Assembly (NCBI GenBank): GCA_963845085.1
Contig: CAWJQI010000001.1
Coordinates: 32,001 to 96,000, forward strand
Origin: Candidatus Fermentibacterota bacterium
GTDB lineage: Bacteria > Fermentibacterota > Fermentibacteria > Fermentibacterales > JCC-6
Direction of reading: 5' to 3'
DNA: 64,000 nt
The notes under the pieces were generated by a model, which was given only the letters and a program-made list of their open reading frames with translations, was not told where the DNA came from and did not search any database. Within the stretch, counting starts at the first letter, position 1. Each line of letters starts with the position of its first letter. Both the position numbers and the translations under genes were made by a program. Below are positions 10,451 to 20,256 of this stretch, in pieces.

Positions 10451-10818
10451 CTGGTTCGCCTTCCCTTCTTCCTCCACTTGGAGAACCTTTCCAGATCACG
10501 GGCACACATGCTGGCTGCCGTTGATATCACAGCGATGTCATCGAGGTAGCCGGCGACTGGAATGAAGTCGGGGATCAGGTCCATGACCCAGATCAGGTAG
10601 AGGATTGCCGCAACGATGGTCACTATCACTTCCACCGAGGCCTTGTACTCCCCATGAGAAGTGGCACTGATGTACTCCAGGAACTCGAGGATCTGATCGA
10701 ACACAGGGTCCAGTGAGGGGTTGCTGATGATCCCTTGTACCCGCTTCGTTTCCTCTCTGGTAAGGTATTGCCGGCCCTTGCAGAGAATCGTCTTGAACTT
10801 GTTCCATGCTTGTTTCAT
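10447..10818 (-). CDS. YkvA/DUF1232 family protein
   Basis: AAILYLIWVMDLIPDFIPVAGYLDDIAVI signature. Confidence 0.85.
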   Translation of the reverse strand: MKQAWNKFKTILCKGRQYLTREETKRVQGIISNPSLDPVFDQILEFLEYISATSHGEYKASVEVIVTIVAAILYLIWVMDLIPDFIPVAGYLDDIAVISTAASMCARDLERFSKWRKKGRRTR

Positions 10819-11023
10819 GGGCACCTCCGGGCAATTGCTTCGCCCGGGCTCACTGCCCGCACCCGCGTAAGGGTTCCCCCGGGCCTGAACGCAGGTACAA
10901 ACCCACATCAGGCCCCAAAGGGGTCTCTCAGGTCATGTGCGTGATTACTTTGGCCTTTGAGAAGCGGGCAGTATGGAATGAGCCCGGACGGGCGTGAAGA
11001 CTTCTGAGAGCCTTGAATGAGAC

Positions 11024-11827
11024 TCAGGCGGCGAGTTTGTCCACGAGGTTGCCCAGGAAGTAGTCGCCGACCTGCTTCGGAGGTGGTGATGAGGGCCCGG
11101 CCCCTGCCGTTGTAGGTGAGGCGGTGGGTCATCTCCTGCATGAGGTCCCAGAGGGTGTGGGCGTTGCCGAGGTTCTGGACGATGGGACCCCAGTCCCTGT
11201 TGGGCAGGGAAACGTTCTTCGCCACGGTGGCCAGGGTCTTGAGGTTCAGGCGGATTTTGGAGAGTGTGGCGATACGAGGAGCGATCTCTTCAAGGGAAGC
11301 AACGCCGTTCTGGATGACGGAGACAGCTTCCTTGAGATCGAAGCCTTGAGCAGCGGTGTGCTTCAAGGCATAGGTCGAGAAGTACCGAGGGCTCATCAGG
11401 CCATTGGTGCAGCTCAAAACGAAGGCCATCAACACGATCCTGAATTTGGCCGAGCCGTCGTAGGAATTCTCGACTCTCAGGCCGAGACGAGACGGCATCG
11501 CCAACTTCCGGGAGCTCGACGATCTGGTCGCTGCGGTAGAGGGTGGAGAGGAACCGACCTGTCCATATCGTCTTCTCCTCCACCCACCTCCACTTGGAAA
11601 GGGAAGTGATCTCCCGGGCTGTCTGCTGGGCCAGGCTGTTGGAGATGAGCTGATAGCCCTGGCTGTGGATGTTGATGCACTCCCAGGTGCCGTTGTCGTT
11701 GAGGATCTCGACACCCACCTGGGGGACGGCTTCCCCGTTCACGGAGACGGGGGCCAGCCTAACGGGGGCGAAGGGATCCGTCACGTTCAACTGTGCTCCG
11801 AATCGGAGCGAGCTTGTTACTGGTCAT
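11024..11827 (-). CDS. DUF932-family phage/plasmid protein, frameshifted
   Basis: HSQGYQLISN ... LGLRVENSYDGSAKF ... VLSCTNGLM ... KH motifs across two frames; ends approximate. Confidence 0.75.
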
Positions 11828-12046
11828 GAGAACTCCTTTCAGCGCCGGCTGAAACGCCGGGCAACATCACTGGCCGTGCGGGCCATGGTGATGATGGTTT
11901 TGAGGGCCAAAGCGATCCTGAGTATGGGAACGTGCATAGGAGACTCCTTTTGTAAGTGGTCATCTACATTATATTTATAACGTATAATGGGGGGTTTGCT
12001 GGTCGACAGCAAAGATGGGACTGAGGAAGCGAGTCCGATAAGGAAG

Positions 12047-12194
12047 ATGGACTGCGACTACCGAAGACCCATATGTGCCTTAGGCGGTCTAGCGCCGGAT
12101 GAGTATGCTGCAAGCCAATGTCTGGAAGCGGAATATGTATGTTGAAACAACGATTCCTAACCCTGCGGAGGGTCTACCTTTTGGCAAAGGCGCA
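12047..12194 (+). mobile_element. Degenerate IS3-family right-end remnant
   Basis: Translates as DYRRPICALGGLAPDEYAA, resembling the OrfB C-terminal RPHSALGGLTPxEYA; followed by an IR-like end in CA. Confidence 0.5.
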
Positions 12195-12460
12195 GAGAAA
12201 TATTATACTAATCAGTAATGTCTTTTAAAAATAGGGAAAACTAGAGATAGTGAAAAAGGCAAATGTTGATTTGCTACCTAATCTAAATCACTACTAATGT
12301 AAGTGCAGTGGCGAAAGAGATTACAGTGAGAATACTTAACGGAAGAATTACTTGGAAGCAATACTATAGCAACGAAATCCTAAACATCGATAATGTGTCT
12401 TTAGAACCATTAATATGACATTGTTCAATATCTGTTGTCCAAAAGAAATGGAGAATTAGT

Positions 12461-13267
12461 ATGCAACATGTATGTAGGTACCATAGCGGGTTACTTATAA
12501 TATGCATTATTCTTTTTATTTCAATATCAGCATCTGCATATAGATTTGCATATGATGAAGATAATGACATCATTATTGATACACTCAATGATCGGCAATG
12601 GAAAATCGCACCATACTCGAACAGCTGTACTCGCGTCGAAGCCAATGAATGGTGTCGTAACCTTGAGGGCAATTGGTATTTGCCTTCTGTAGCACTACTA
12701 AATGATCTTTATTGGTCGGGTATAACTGCGCGAGATTGGGGATATTTTGATATAAATCTTAACGGATCATCAATGTCATTTGTTTGGTCTTCTGATCGCG
12801 GTACATCTACCGATTTTTTGGTGAAGGCATATGACTTTGCTAGTGGCCAGGCCAGTGAAGTGTATTCTAATGTGGAATATGCTTGTAGAGTATTTGCAGT
12901 GAGACGAACCCCTGGCGATATCAACAGATTTGTTGAATATGATGATTCATTTCTTGACACTGTTACGGGATTTGAGTGGATGGTATACGAAATTAGCCCT
13001 TGTACATGGACAGAAGCTGAAATCTACATCAATAGTATTGGCAATGGGTGGAGAATGCCAACAAACAATCAATATATGGAATTATATGAAGCTACAATAG
13101 GGATAGAGTCTGAAGGACCTTTAGGGGAAGTTAAGAATACTTTTTGGTCTTGTACAACTGAAGGGTTGAGGGATCCATCAGTAGCCTTTGTGTTTTGCAT
13201 GTCTTTTGGCTCAAGCTTTGTTTTCCGGATAGATAGAGATGTAGCTAGTGTTTGTGTAATTCGATAG
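12461..13267 (+). CDS. Secreted protein with two DUF1566 (Lcl-type) domains
   Basis: Signal peptide; two units D..TG..W...TW.EA...C..L..W.(L/M)P...L..LY...WS...(C)V(I)R; AT-rich. Confidence 0.75.
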   Translation: MQHVCRYHSGLLIICIILFISISASAYRFAYDEDNDIIIDTLNDRQWKIAPYSNSCTRVEANEWCRNLEGNWYLPSVALLNDLYWSGITARDWGYFDINLNGSSMSFVWSSDRGTSTDFLVKAYDFASGQASEVYSNVEYACRVFAVRRTPGDINRFVEYDDSFLDTVTGFEWMVYEISPCTWTEAEIYINSIGNGWRMPTNNQYMELYEATIGIESEGPLGEVKNTFWSCTTEGLRDPSVAFVFCMSFGSSFVFRIDRDVASVCVIR

Positions 13268-13338
13268 TGATAAGTAAAATGAATAGCAATGAACAAAAAT
13301 GCATTTTTATAGTGTAAGGTCCATGAGATCTCATATGC

Positions 13339-13475
13339 TGTGGTCATCCCCTCTATAACTGGTCCAATCGGACTAACACAAAGTCTTAGATTAACATACG
13401 GGGGTGGACAGATCATGAAGCGGCATTCGAACGAGCAGATAGCCTTTGTGCTGAGGCAGGCAGAGAGCGGTGACC
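13339..13475 (+). mobile_element. IS3-family left end with truncated OrfA
   Basis: TG-initiated IR-like sequence, then MKRHSNEQIAFVLRQAESG from 13415. Confidence 0.65.
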
Positions 13476-13610
13476 AACCTTCACATTTCCCTACATTTTT
13501 CAATATTGCCCTGGTTGAGGTTCAGCATAGTATGTGGTATGCTTCCTTGCCTCGGCAGCAGGTGTCAACGCCGGTTATGAATGCTACAGATTGTCGACTT
13601 GGATGCGTCA

Positions 13611-13860
13611 CTACCTGTGTCTCCTCACCCCCCTCTCCGTCACCAGGCGTCGATCCCAGTGGTCACCCATCGCCAGAACCCTTTCGATCTCAATCCTGGG
13701 CAAGTCGAGTAGGGATAACCGTTGAGTAACCCTGGCCCTTGACAGCCCGTGCCTTCTGGCCAGTTCAGCCCTGGAGATACCGTCGCGCTTCAGTTCATCA
13801 GCGAGTTCGAGGGCGATTACCATGGGATTGCGGAATGTTTTCGTGATTTCAGCTCGGATT
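13611..13860 (-). CDS. Small HTH protein or remnant (ParB-like HTH)
   Basis: RNPMVIALEL...ISRAELARRHGLSRARVTQRLSLLDLP; start uncertain. Confidence 0.55.
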
Positions 13861-14054
13861 CGGTGGCCGGAATGATTCTGATGATGGTGAAACCCGGGCT
13901 GAGAATTTCGAGCGGGTACGATACGAGGCGCCAATTCGCTACCCACTCGAAGGGTTCATCACCATTAAGGGGGGCATCCCTTGCCTTAAATCACGATTTC
14001 AGTGCAGCAGAACACAAGTCTCTGTGTCCATCTCACCTCCCGAAACAACCCTGC

Positions 14055-14199
14055 ATTGGCCTTGGTGATGGCAACACGAGTATCCGCTTCCCGCACTATC
14101 GCCACGATCTGGGTTTCCGTGAATCTGGACTGCTTCATCCCGACCTCCTGGGTTGGCAGGAGGTCTCACTCTAACAAATGCCCCAAACCGGAAGCCTAC
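14055..14199 (-). mobile_element. IS3-family left end with truncated OrfA
   Basis: MKQSRFTETQIVAIVREAD from 14138; upstream 9-bp hairpin gacctcctg/caggaggtc covers the RBS. Confidence 0.7.
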
Positions 14200-14285
14200 G
14201 ACCCTAGTGAGGATGAATCCATTGCCCAACCCAAACATCCACTTAAGTATTGATTTTTGAATCCTATCCTTTTCATTTCATGCTT

Positions 14286-14345
14286 GCACAACGCTTAGTA
14301 TCAGTGGCGGTGCGAAGCGCCGTCCGTTGCATGCTATTGTTGGGC
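14286..14345 (-). other. Integron attC site (60 bp)
   Basis: Minus strand GCCCAAC AATAGC ATGCAACGGACGGCGCTTCGCACCGCCACTGAT ACTAAGC GTTGTGC: RYYYAAC inverse core, L boxes with an extra G, central hairpin, GTT core; overlaps the upstream gene's stop codon. Confidence 0.85.
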
Positions 14346-15326
14346 GACTGAAGCTTGGATGTTCCACTTTGGCGGATACCACTGAGGGACCGGCGACTGG
14401 CGCGGCGTGAACTTCTGCTTGATGCGGGTTCGTCCTGATTCTCCGTCGATCTCGGGATGCGCGACACGCGCGTACTTGCTGACCTCGCAGAACACGTTCT
14501 GACAATCGATGAGCTGCAGGCTACGTCCCCAAAGGCTCTGGAACTTCATACCCAGCCTCTTGAACTCGTCGTCCGCACGCTCGGCCATAACCTGGATGAT
14601 CTCCGCCTCCGTCAGGCCCGCCGTGTCTTTGAAGCACTTCCGGATTCCGTCCCGTGCGCCAGGCCCCGCGACGACAAAGTCCATCTCCGAGAAGTCAGTC
14701 AGCTCGCTGTAGTTGAGGTCGATCGCGAACTGGAACGCGAGAAAGTCCCCCAACGACGGATAGCCGCGCAGTAACTCGAACGCTGCTCGCAGCGAAGTCG
14801 TCTTCGGGAGCTTCCTTGGGGCTCCGTCAGCCATCATGTACTCGACGAGCCGCAGGTGGTTCCGGTGCTTCCGTGGGCTCCCGAACGCTGGCGAGGGCAT
14901 GATGTACGCGGCAGAGTAGACGCGCTGCCCGTCTTCAATCAGCCGATCCAGCACCTTCGCGTAAGTATCGAAGGCAAACTCTCGCCAGCACAGTGCACCG
15001 AGCTTCGTGCGGAGTGCTTCCCACGTCTCGATCTTGTTGAAGAGCTTGAACAGGATCGTTCGAAAGAAGACCTCCTCTGCCTTCTGCGAGCCTTCATAGA
15101 TCACGTGACGGATCAAGTACTGACTCACCCGGTCTGATGCACGATACGTGTTCGTGAACCGATGCACGCGGAGGATCGGGTCATCGGTCCACGGCGGCAT
15201 GCTGCCCAGCACGCGGCGCATGAACATCTCCTGACGCTCCGAAGCGAAGCGCCAGTACGTGTCGAATACGGGTGTCGTCTTGAGCACACGCCCGCCTTGA
15301 AGCCGGATCTCGTAGGGCGTTGGCAT
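14334..15326 (-). CDS. aGPT-PPlase1 / 5-hmdU DNA kinase helical-domain family protein (DNA base hypermodification)
   Basis: TYWRFASERQ...PWTDDPIL..HRFTNTYRASDRVSQY...LFKLFNKIETW...GDFLAFQFAIDLNYS...GPGARDG...DCQNVFCEVSKY. Confidence 0.85.
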   Translation of the reverse strand: MPTPYEIRLQGGRVLKTTPVFDTYWRFASERQEMFMRRVLGSMPPWTDDPILRVHRFTNTYRASDRVSQYLIRHVIYEGSQKAEEVFFRTILFKLFNKIETWEALRTKLGALCWREFAFDTYAKVLDRLIEDGQRVYSAAYIMPSPAFGSPRKHRNHLRLVEYMMADGAPRKLPKTTSLRAAFELLRGYPSLGDFLAFQFAIDLNYSELTDFSEMDFVVAGPGARDGIRKCFKDTAGLTEAEIIQVMAERADDEFKRLGMKFQSLWGRSLQLIDCQNVFCEVSKYARVAHPEIDGESGRTRIKQKFTPRQSPVPQWYPPKWNIQASVAQQ

Positions 15327-15328
15327 AC

Positions 15329-15886
15329 TTAATCGTTCCACTCGGTGCCCGTGCGGTTCTTGCCGAACGAGTCCCTTGAGTTGTCGGGCAACTCGCGGCT
15401 CTTCCGCAGATAAGCCTCATGAATCCACCCTTGCACGGATTCGGCGTCCTCCGACCAGTTGTGGATGCTCGCGAACCCGCACTTGATGTTGTCGTAGAGC
15501 CGCGGCGGGATCGTTCCGCGGTTGTACTTCAGCCGATCGACACGACCATAGTGCTTGTCGTAGGTCGGAAGCAGGATGCCGAGGAGCCCCGAGCGCGGGT
15601 TTGCCTTTGTGTCTCGGATCGACGAACCGATCTCCCAGTCGACATGCTTTCGCTGCCACGTAAGCGCGCCGATTAGTACGACAGTTACTGATGTGTCCCG
15701 AAGGTACTCGTCTCGAATCTTCTGCCGGATGGTCTCGGTAGGTAGGTTGGGATCGATGTCGCCGACATTCACTGACCCAGGAACGATGGCTCCAAAACTG
15801 TTCCCGAAGCGGAGCTCGAAGATGTTCTTGTATGACTCGTCAAGCTCGTGGTGATAGCTAACGAACACCTTGTGCGTGTTACTCAT
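15329..15886 (-). CDS. TIR domain protein (ThsB/DUF1863-like)
   Basis: HKVFVSYHH...IRQKIRDEYLRDTSVTVVLIG..TWQRKHVDWEI, with the catalytic Glu. Confidence 0.9.
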   Translation of the reverse strand: MSNTHKVFVSYHHELDESYKNIFELRFGNSFGAIVPGSVNVGDIDPNLPTETIRQKIRDEYLRDTSVTVVLIGALTWQRKHVDWEIGSSIRDTKANPRSGLLGILLPTYDKHYGRVDRLKYNRGTIPPRLYDNIKCGFASIHNWSEDAESVQGWIHEAYLRKSRELPDNSRDSFGKNRTGTEWND

Positions 15887-16930
15887 GTGATTCCTCTCGA
15901 AGATGAAGGCAGCCCTTGTCTGGCCTGAACGCCGTGCACTCGCTCAAGCCAGGCAGACCAAACTTGAACAAGCTGCGGATTTGTACAATCAGCCATGAGT
16001 GCTTGGGAGTGATCCAACCGGCCACGCCGACGAGCCGAATCGGCAGCAAGCACGCGGAGTAGGTTGCGATAACCGACCGGGGCATCATCAATCGCGGCGA
16101 TATGGGAGACCTGTGTCTCGTTGAGCTCCGGCGCCGTAAGCATGGTCATCCGCCGATACATCTCGCTGACGAGTTGCTCACCTCGGTCGATGGGCAAGGC
16201 AAGTGAATCGGTGTTCCTCTCCTCGGCCACCGGAGCGCCACAGGAGAACTCATCCAGGGCATCAGCGTAGATATGGAGGCTGTCACTCCACTGGTGATAC
16301 CCGCCAAGCTCGAGGCCAAGCCATCCAGCCATTACCTCCTGCAAGAGAGTGAATTGTGTAAGGTTATTTGGCAGACCCCGAAAGACGTCGTTACTTCGCA
16401 GCACCTGTGTCCACTCGAGGCGTCCGTCGCGAACCTTCAGCATCGACATCATGTTGCACGGCACATCCGCACTGCGGGGCGCCCCGTCGGCATGCGGTAG
16501 GTCGGTAAGGACATCCCAGAACTGGAGAGCGACCTGTCGGCTCTTCGGATCTGAGGACAAAGCAGCGCACGCTCGCTTGACCTGGTCGACACCGAAGTGC
16601 TTCCGCAGACGGTGGCCGTAGGCCCCCGTCATAGGTGGACCCATGGCCCGCGAACTTGGGCAAGCTCCGAAACCAGTAGTTCAGGACGGCGGCATCGTTG
16701 CTGCCAGCCAGAATCCAGAGTGCATCAGCGATGGCGAAGGCTGGGTTGACCCCAGGCCGACGGGAGAGGACCCAGCGCTGGCGAGGATCTTCAACCTCGA
16801 GGCCAACGTGCAGAAGCTCCAGCGTATCTCCCACGCGGCTTGGCTGCTTCGCCTGTGCTGCGGTCGCAATGACTGCTGCATGGGCTTGACGCCAAACCCC
16901 GTCAGCCGTTCGCGCGCGAAAGGTCTCCAT
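15883..16930 (-). CDS. Thymidylate synthase-family protein (frameshift near 16630)
   Basis: NPAFAIADALWILAG, GAYGHRLR, SRQVALQFWD, DVPCN (catalytic Cys), RSNDVFRGLPNN, SLHIY. Confidence 0.9.
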
Positions 16931-16932
16931 GA

Positions 16933-17595
16933 CTATTGTCTCGCCATCTTGCGTCCGCCGTTCTGGCAGCCCGGTTGTTGGCGAACGTGGCGCGCGAACT
17001 CCAGAGGATCGCCCTGGAAGCCCCACTTCCCCTGTTGCTCAAGCCAGCTCGCGAATGCAGTAGCGAGCTCGTCCTTGAAAACACGATAGCCTCGCGCCTT
17101 GCAGCAGATGTCCTGGTCTGTCTTGCGGAAGGGCCGAAAGTGCTCCGGGATCACCGGTGCGGCCTCTCCCCAGTAGACGAACTTCGTGCCGACGAGTACG
17201 CGATTCGTGCTTGTGTCCCAGGCGATGTTGGCCTTGTTGGGTCGGCCGTTCTCCAAGCTGTGGTGCGAGTCTGCCTGGACCCACCGCTTGCCTTCGCGGT
17301 GATAGATGTTGTCGCCGTAGATGACTTTGAGGCTGCCGTTCAGGTTTGGACGCTTTCGAAGGAATCGTGGATCGGTCCAATACTTCTCGAAGTCGAGGAC
17401 CTCGGCCACCTGCATCGCGTAGATGAGTCGGCCAGTGAAGTCATACCTCGACTTCGCGCCCGTCCCGATGATCCAGTCACCAACACTCGCACCGGCGCGG
17501 ATCCTTGGCTTACACGTCGCCAAAGTGCAGAACCCGTGGAACGGGTTCGGGGCGAATCCGAAGTCACGCGCGACGATGTACGAGTAAAGCCTCAT
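16933..17595 (-). CDS. Nucleotide modification-associated domain 2 (Nmad2) protein
   Basis: MRLYSYIVARDFGFAPNPFHGFCTLATCKPRIR...GDWIIG...YGDNIY...SHHS. Confidence 0.85.
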   Translation of the reverse strand: MRLYSYIVARDFGFAPNPFHGFCTLATCKPRIRAGASVGDWIIGTGAKSRYDFTGRLIYAMQVAEVLDFEKYWTDPRFLRKRPNLNGSLKVIYGDNIYHREGKRWVQADSHHSLENGRPNKANIAWDTSTNRVLVGTKFVYWGEAAPVIPEHFRPFRKTDQDICCKARGYRVFKDELATAFASWLEQQGKWGFQGDPLEFARHVRQQPGCQNGGRKMARQ

Positions 17596-18078
17596 CCGCA
17601 GGTATACCTCTTGCCTACCCAGACCGGTGTCGTGCGCGGGTTCCCCGTGGCGGGGTCGTCCCAACCGGTAATCTTGCCGTTGATCGCATCGACGACGCGA
17701 TCTCGCTTGCCAACCGACAACCGCAGCGTCGCCGTGCTTCCGAAGCTCGTCCGGGATGTCTGCGTCCGTCGCGCCCTGAGCGAACACGCCGACGACGTTC
17801 TTGCCCTGCTCGATGGCGTACTTGATCTCCCATTTCACCCAGTCGCTTTTCACCGTGTCGTGCGTGATTAGCACTGCTAGCGTGCTGGCCCACTGGATGC
17901 GGGGAGCGAGGATTTCGCGCTTGATGTATTCCTCGTTCGACGCCGCGTTGGGCTTATCGCTGTTGATCGACCCGTCGCGCACCTCCATCCCGGCCTTCGA
18001 GATGAGATCCTTCAGCTTCGGCAGAAGGTCGTCATCCTCGTGTACGTGAGAGATGAAGATGTTCTTCTTGTCCGCCAT
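17592..18078 (-). CDS. TIR domain protein (ThsB-like); frameshift near 17705
   Basis: KNIFISHVHEDD...ILAPRIQWASTLAVLI...SDWVKWEIKYA; the shifted frame ends DRVVDAINGK...RYTCG-TGA, overlapping the Nmad2 ATG. Confidence 0.88.
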
Positions 18079-18083
18079 GCTCT

Positions 18084-20144
18084 TCACTCCGCGCTACCAG
18101 CCATCGCTGGACGGTTGCATTCCTGCATGCCGTGAAGAATCAGTTCTACGATCCGCTCTGCTGATCGCGTCATGGCGAGCTCACGGTTCTCATCCTCGGT
18201 CAGCCCGTTCTTAATGCCGGCTATACCGCGCGACTTCAGCTCATCGGCGATCGCGTCGTACTCATCCCATGATTCACCCCTCCGCTGGTAAATCACTCGC
18301 AGCTCCTCGGAGTACGGTGCTGTCTTCTGGTGGTCCCACTGTAGCTCGGGCCTGGAACGGCCCTCCAACGCATCGAACACTAGCCGAGCGCAGCCACCGA
18401 ACGCGCCGACGAGATAGACAGGGCGCTCGGTACGGATGGTCAGGAGCGCTTCCTCAAGCACTCCCGGCATTCTGCCCCGATAGCCATCCCCGGCTGGCCC
18501 GAGACGGCCTCCGACGACGACGCGCGCCGCGACCTCATCGGCTTGCCGCTGCCGCATGATGGTAAGGCCGCGAGCCCATGCAAACCGTCGCATCGCGCGA
18601 GTCCACGGGGATGTCCGTTGCCGGCGCTGCAACGAATGCCGTGATCGACCGTCTCGTTGAGCCCTGCGGGCCTCGCGCAACGGCGCACCTCCACCAGCGC
18701 GCTCTGTCTATTAAGGCGAGCGACGACGGCTGGGGTAGTCGCGACAGGCCACGCCAAGTACGAGACCAGCTCTGCCGGGCGCGCGGCGCCAGACACAGCC
18801 TCGCCTCGAAGTTGCTCGATGGTCGGGTCGTACAAGAGGTCCGCGAGACGGACGGTATAGCCGACGGAGCCGAGGTGGCCGCCGTACGCAAGGCGAACTC
18901 CGGCTACCAACAGGTATCGCGAGATCTCGAGCAGCACCTCGTCGAGGTGCGGCTTGCGCAGACCGAATCGCGGGAGGTCTTCCGACTCCGAAATCGATAG
19001 CGCGACAAGGAGCTGCTGCGCCCGCAGGTCGTGGGCCTTGGCATGGCGCTCAAGAGGGGTCTCGACCGTGTACTCCCGCGAGGGATAGCACGGCGAGCTC
19101 CTCTGTTCCGAGCGGAGGATCGGGATACAGCAATGGCTTCGCCTTGTCCCGGTGCACCACCGTCACGAGCTCAGGACCCGAGGGGAGGATGTCGTCTCCA
19201 GGGCGTGCGCGCTGACGAAGCATCTCCTCCGCGTATGCGTGACGGAGGGTCTCTCGAAGAAGCGAGTCGACGACATCTCGCGGGTCGTCACGCCACCGGA
19301 GTACGGGCGCATTGCCTGCGTATGGGAAGCGCCGAATCTCGCGCTCCTGTAGCGCGTCGACGATCACGAACGGCCTCTGGTAGCGCTTCGCGAAGAGGAC
19401 CTCTCTGCGGCACCACGACCGTGACGAGTAGGCATCGGTCGCAACTGCGAGGAGCGCAGAGTCGGTCACTCCGTCCTCAATCGCCTTGGCGAAGCGAGAA
19501 CCGGACGCGATATCTCCGCAGTCGAACCAGGTCTTCTCCGGCTGGTTCGCCTTCAAGTACTCGAGCAGCGAGTTAACAACGCCGGGCTTCTTGCCCACAT
19601 CGATCTTCGCGTGGCTGAGGAAGATGGTCACCGCAGGGGCGTCGTCGTCGGTCGGGTGCGGGCGCAGACGGCGGATCAGAAGGTGCAGCATCCGACGCGC
19701 CACGAACTTCTTGCGCTCCTCATCATCGGGCTCATCGAACGCTCGAAGGAAGCTCAGGTCTTTGAGGCGCTCGTCGACTGGCCAAGCAAAGCTACTGAGG
19801 CTCACGGGGAGGAAGCGATGGTTGGGAGACTCGTCGCAAAGCTCGCGGAGCTTGACCGCGTAATCCCCCCACGTGATACCGCCGTCCTTGCCGGTCCTCG
19901 AATGCACGACAAGCTGGTCGTCAGCCAGCAGCACGACGAGCACGCGGTCTGCCTCGTCGCTGAGTCGCGGCTCGGGCGGCATGAACGAGTAGTCGTCAGG
20001 CGTGAAGCTGGTGGGGATGCGAAGGCCTGGAACCGCAGCGTCATCGTTGATGACCGCTCGGAGGTACTCTGCCATTGCGGAGGCATCGGTCGACGCAGGA
20101 TGAAACTCGAATTGAACAAGTACTGGAAAGCGAAGTCCGCTCAC
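18084..20144 (-). CDS. TIR + SLOG domain fusion protein (frameshifted)
   Basis: TIR: IFLSHAK...WFD..DIASG...AYSSRSWCRREVLFAK. SLOG: ALSISES...LAYGGHL...MR...ARVVVGG...GRMPGVLEEA...PVYLVGAFGGCA. GAGGAG RBS before the GTG at 20144. Confidence 0.85.
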
Positions 20145-20171
20145 GTATTAACGCTCCTCATGTTCTTAATC

Positions 20172-20256
20172 GCCCAACAATTCTTCTACAGCTGTCTGCT
20201 TGTAGGATCTTCTTTTTCAATGCCCCGAGAATGATGTTCCTTCTCTTCCATGTCAA
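20172..20256 (-). promoter_or_regulatory. Cassette core site GTTGGGC with candidate attI and Pc-like promoter
   Basis: GTTGGGC at 20178-20172 is complementary to the attC inverse core; TTGACA (20256-20251)-N17-CATTCT (20233-20228) points into the operon. Confidence 0.55.

Noticed and set aside
10830..11020. GC-rich structured intergenic region as a ribozyme or ncRNA
   Set aside because: Hairpins are present, but I found no complete hammerhead core (CUGANGA...GAAA) or other recognisable motif.
12461..13267. DUF1566 gene as a diversity-generating retroelement target
   Set aside because: No reverse transcriptase and no template-repeat copy visible in the window.
16933..18087. Apparent 384 aa TIR-Nmad2 fusion in the ORF track
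   Set aside because: Shifting frame at ~17705 gives a plausible TIR C-terminus ending in TGA that overlaps the Nmad2 ATG (ATGA). Given the indel rate here, two genes are more likely; reads would settle it.
14336..20181. 12-bp inverted repeat as transposon ends
   Set aside because: No transposase or target duplication; the repeat coincides with attC inverse-core/core sites, which explain it better.
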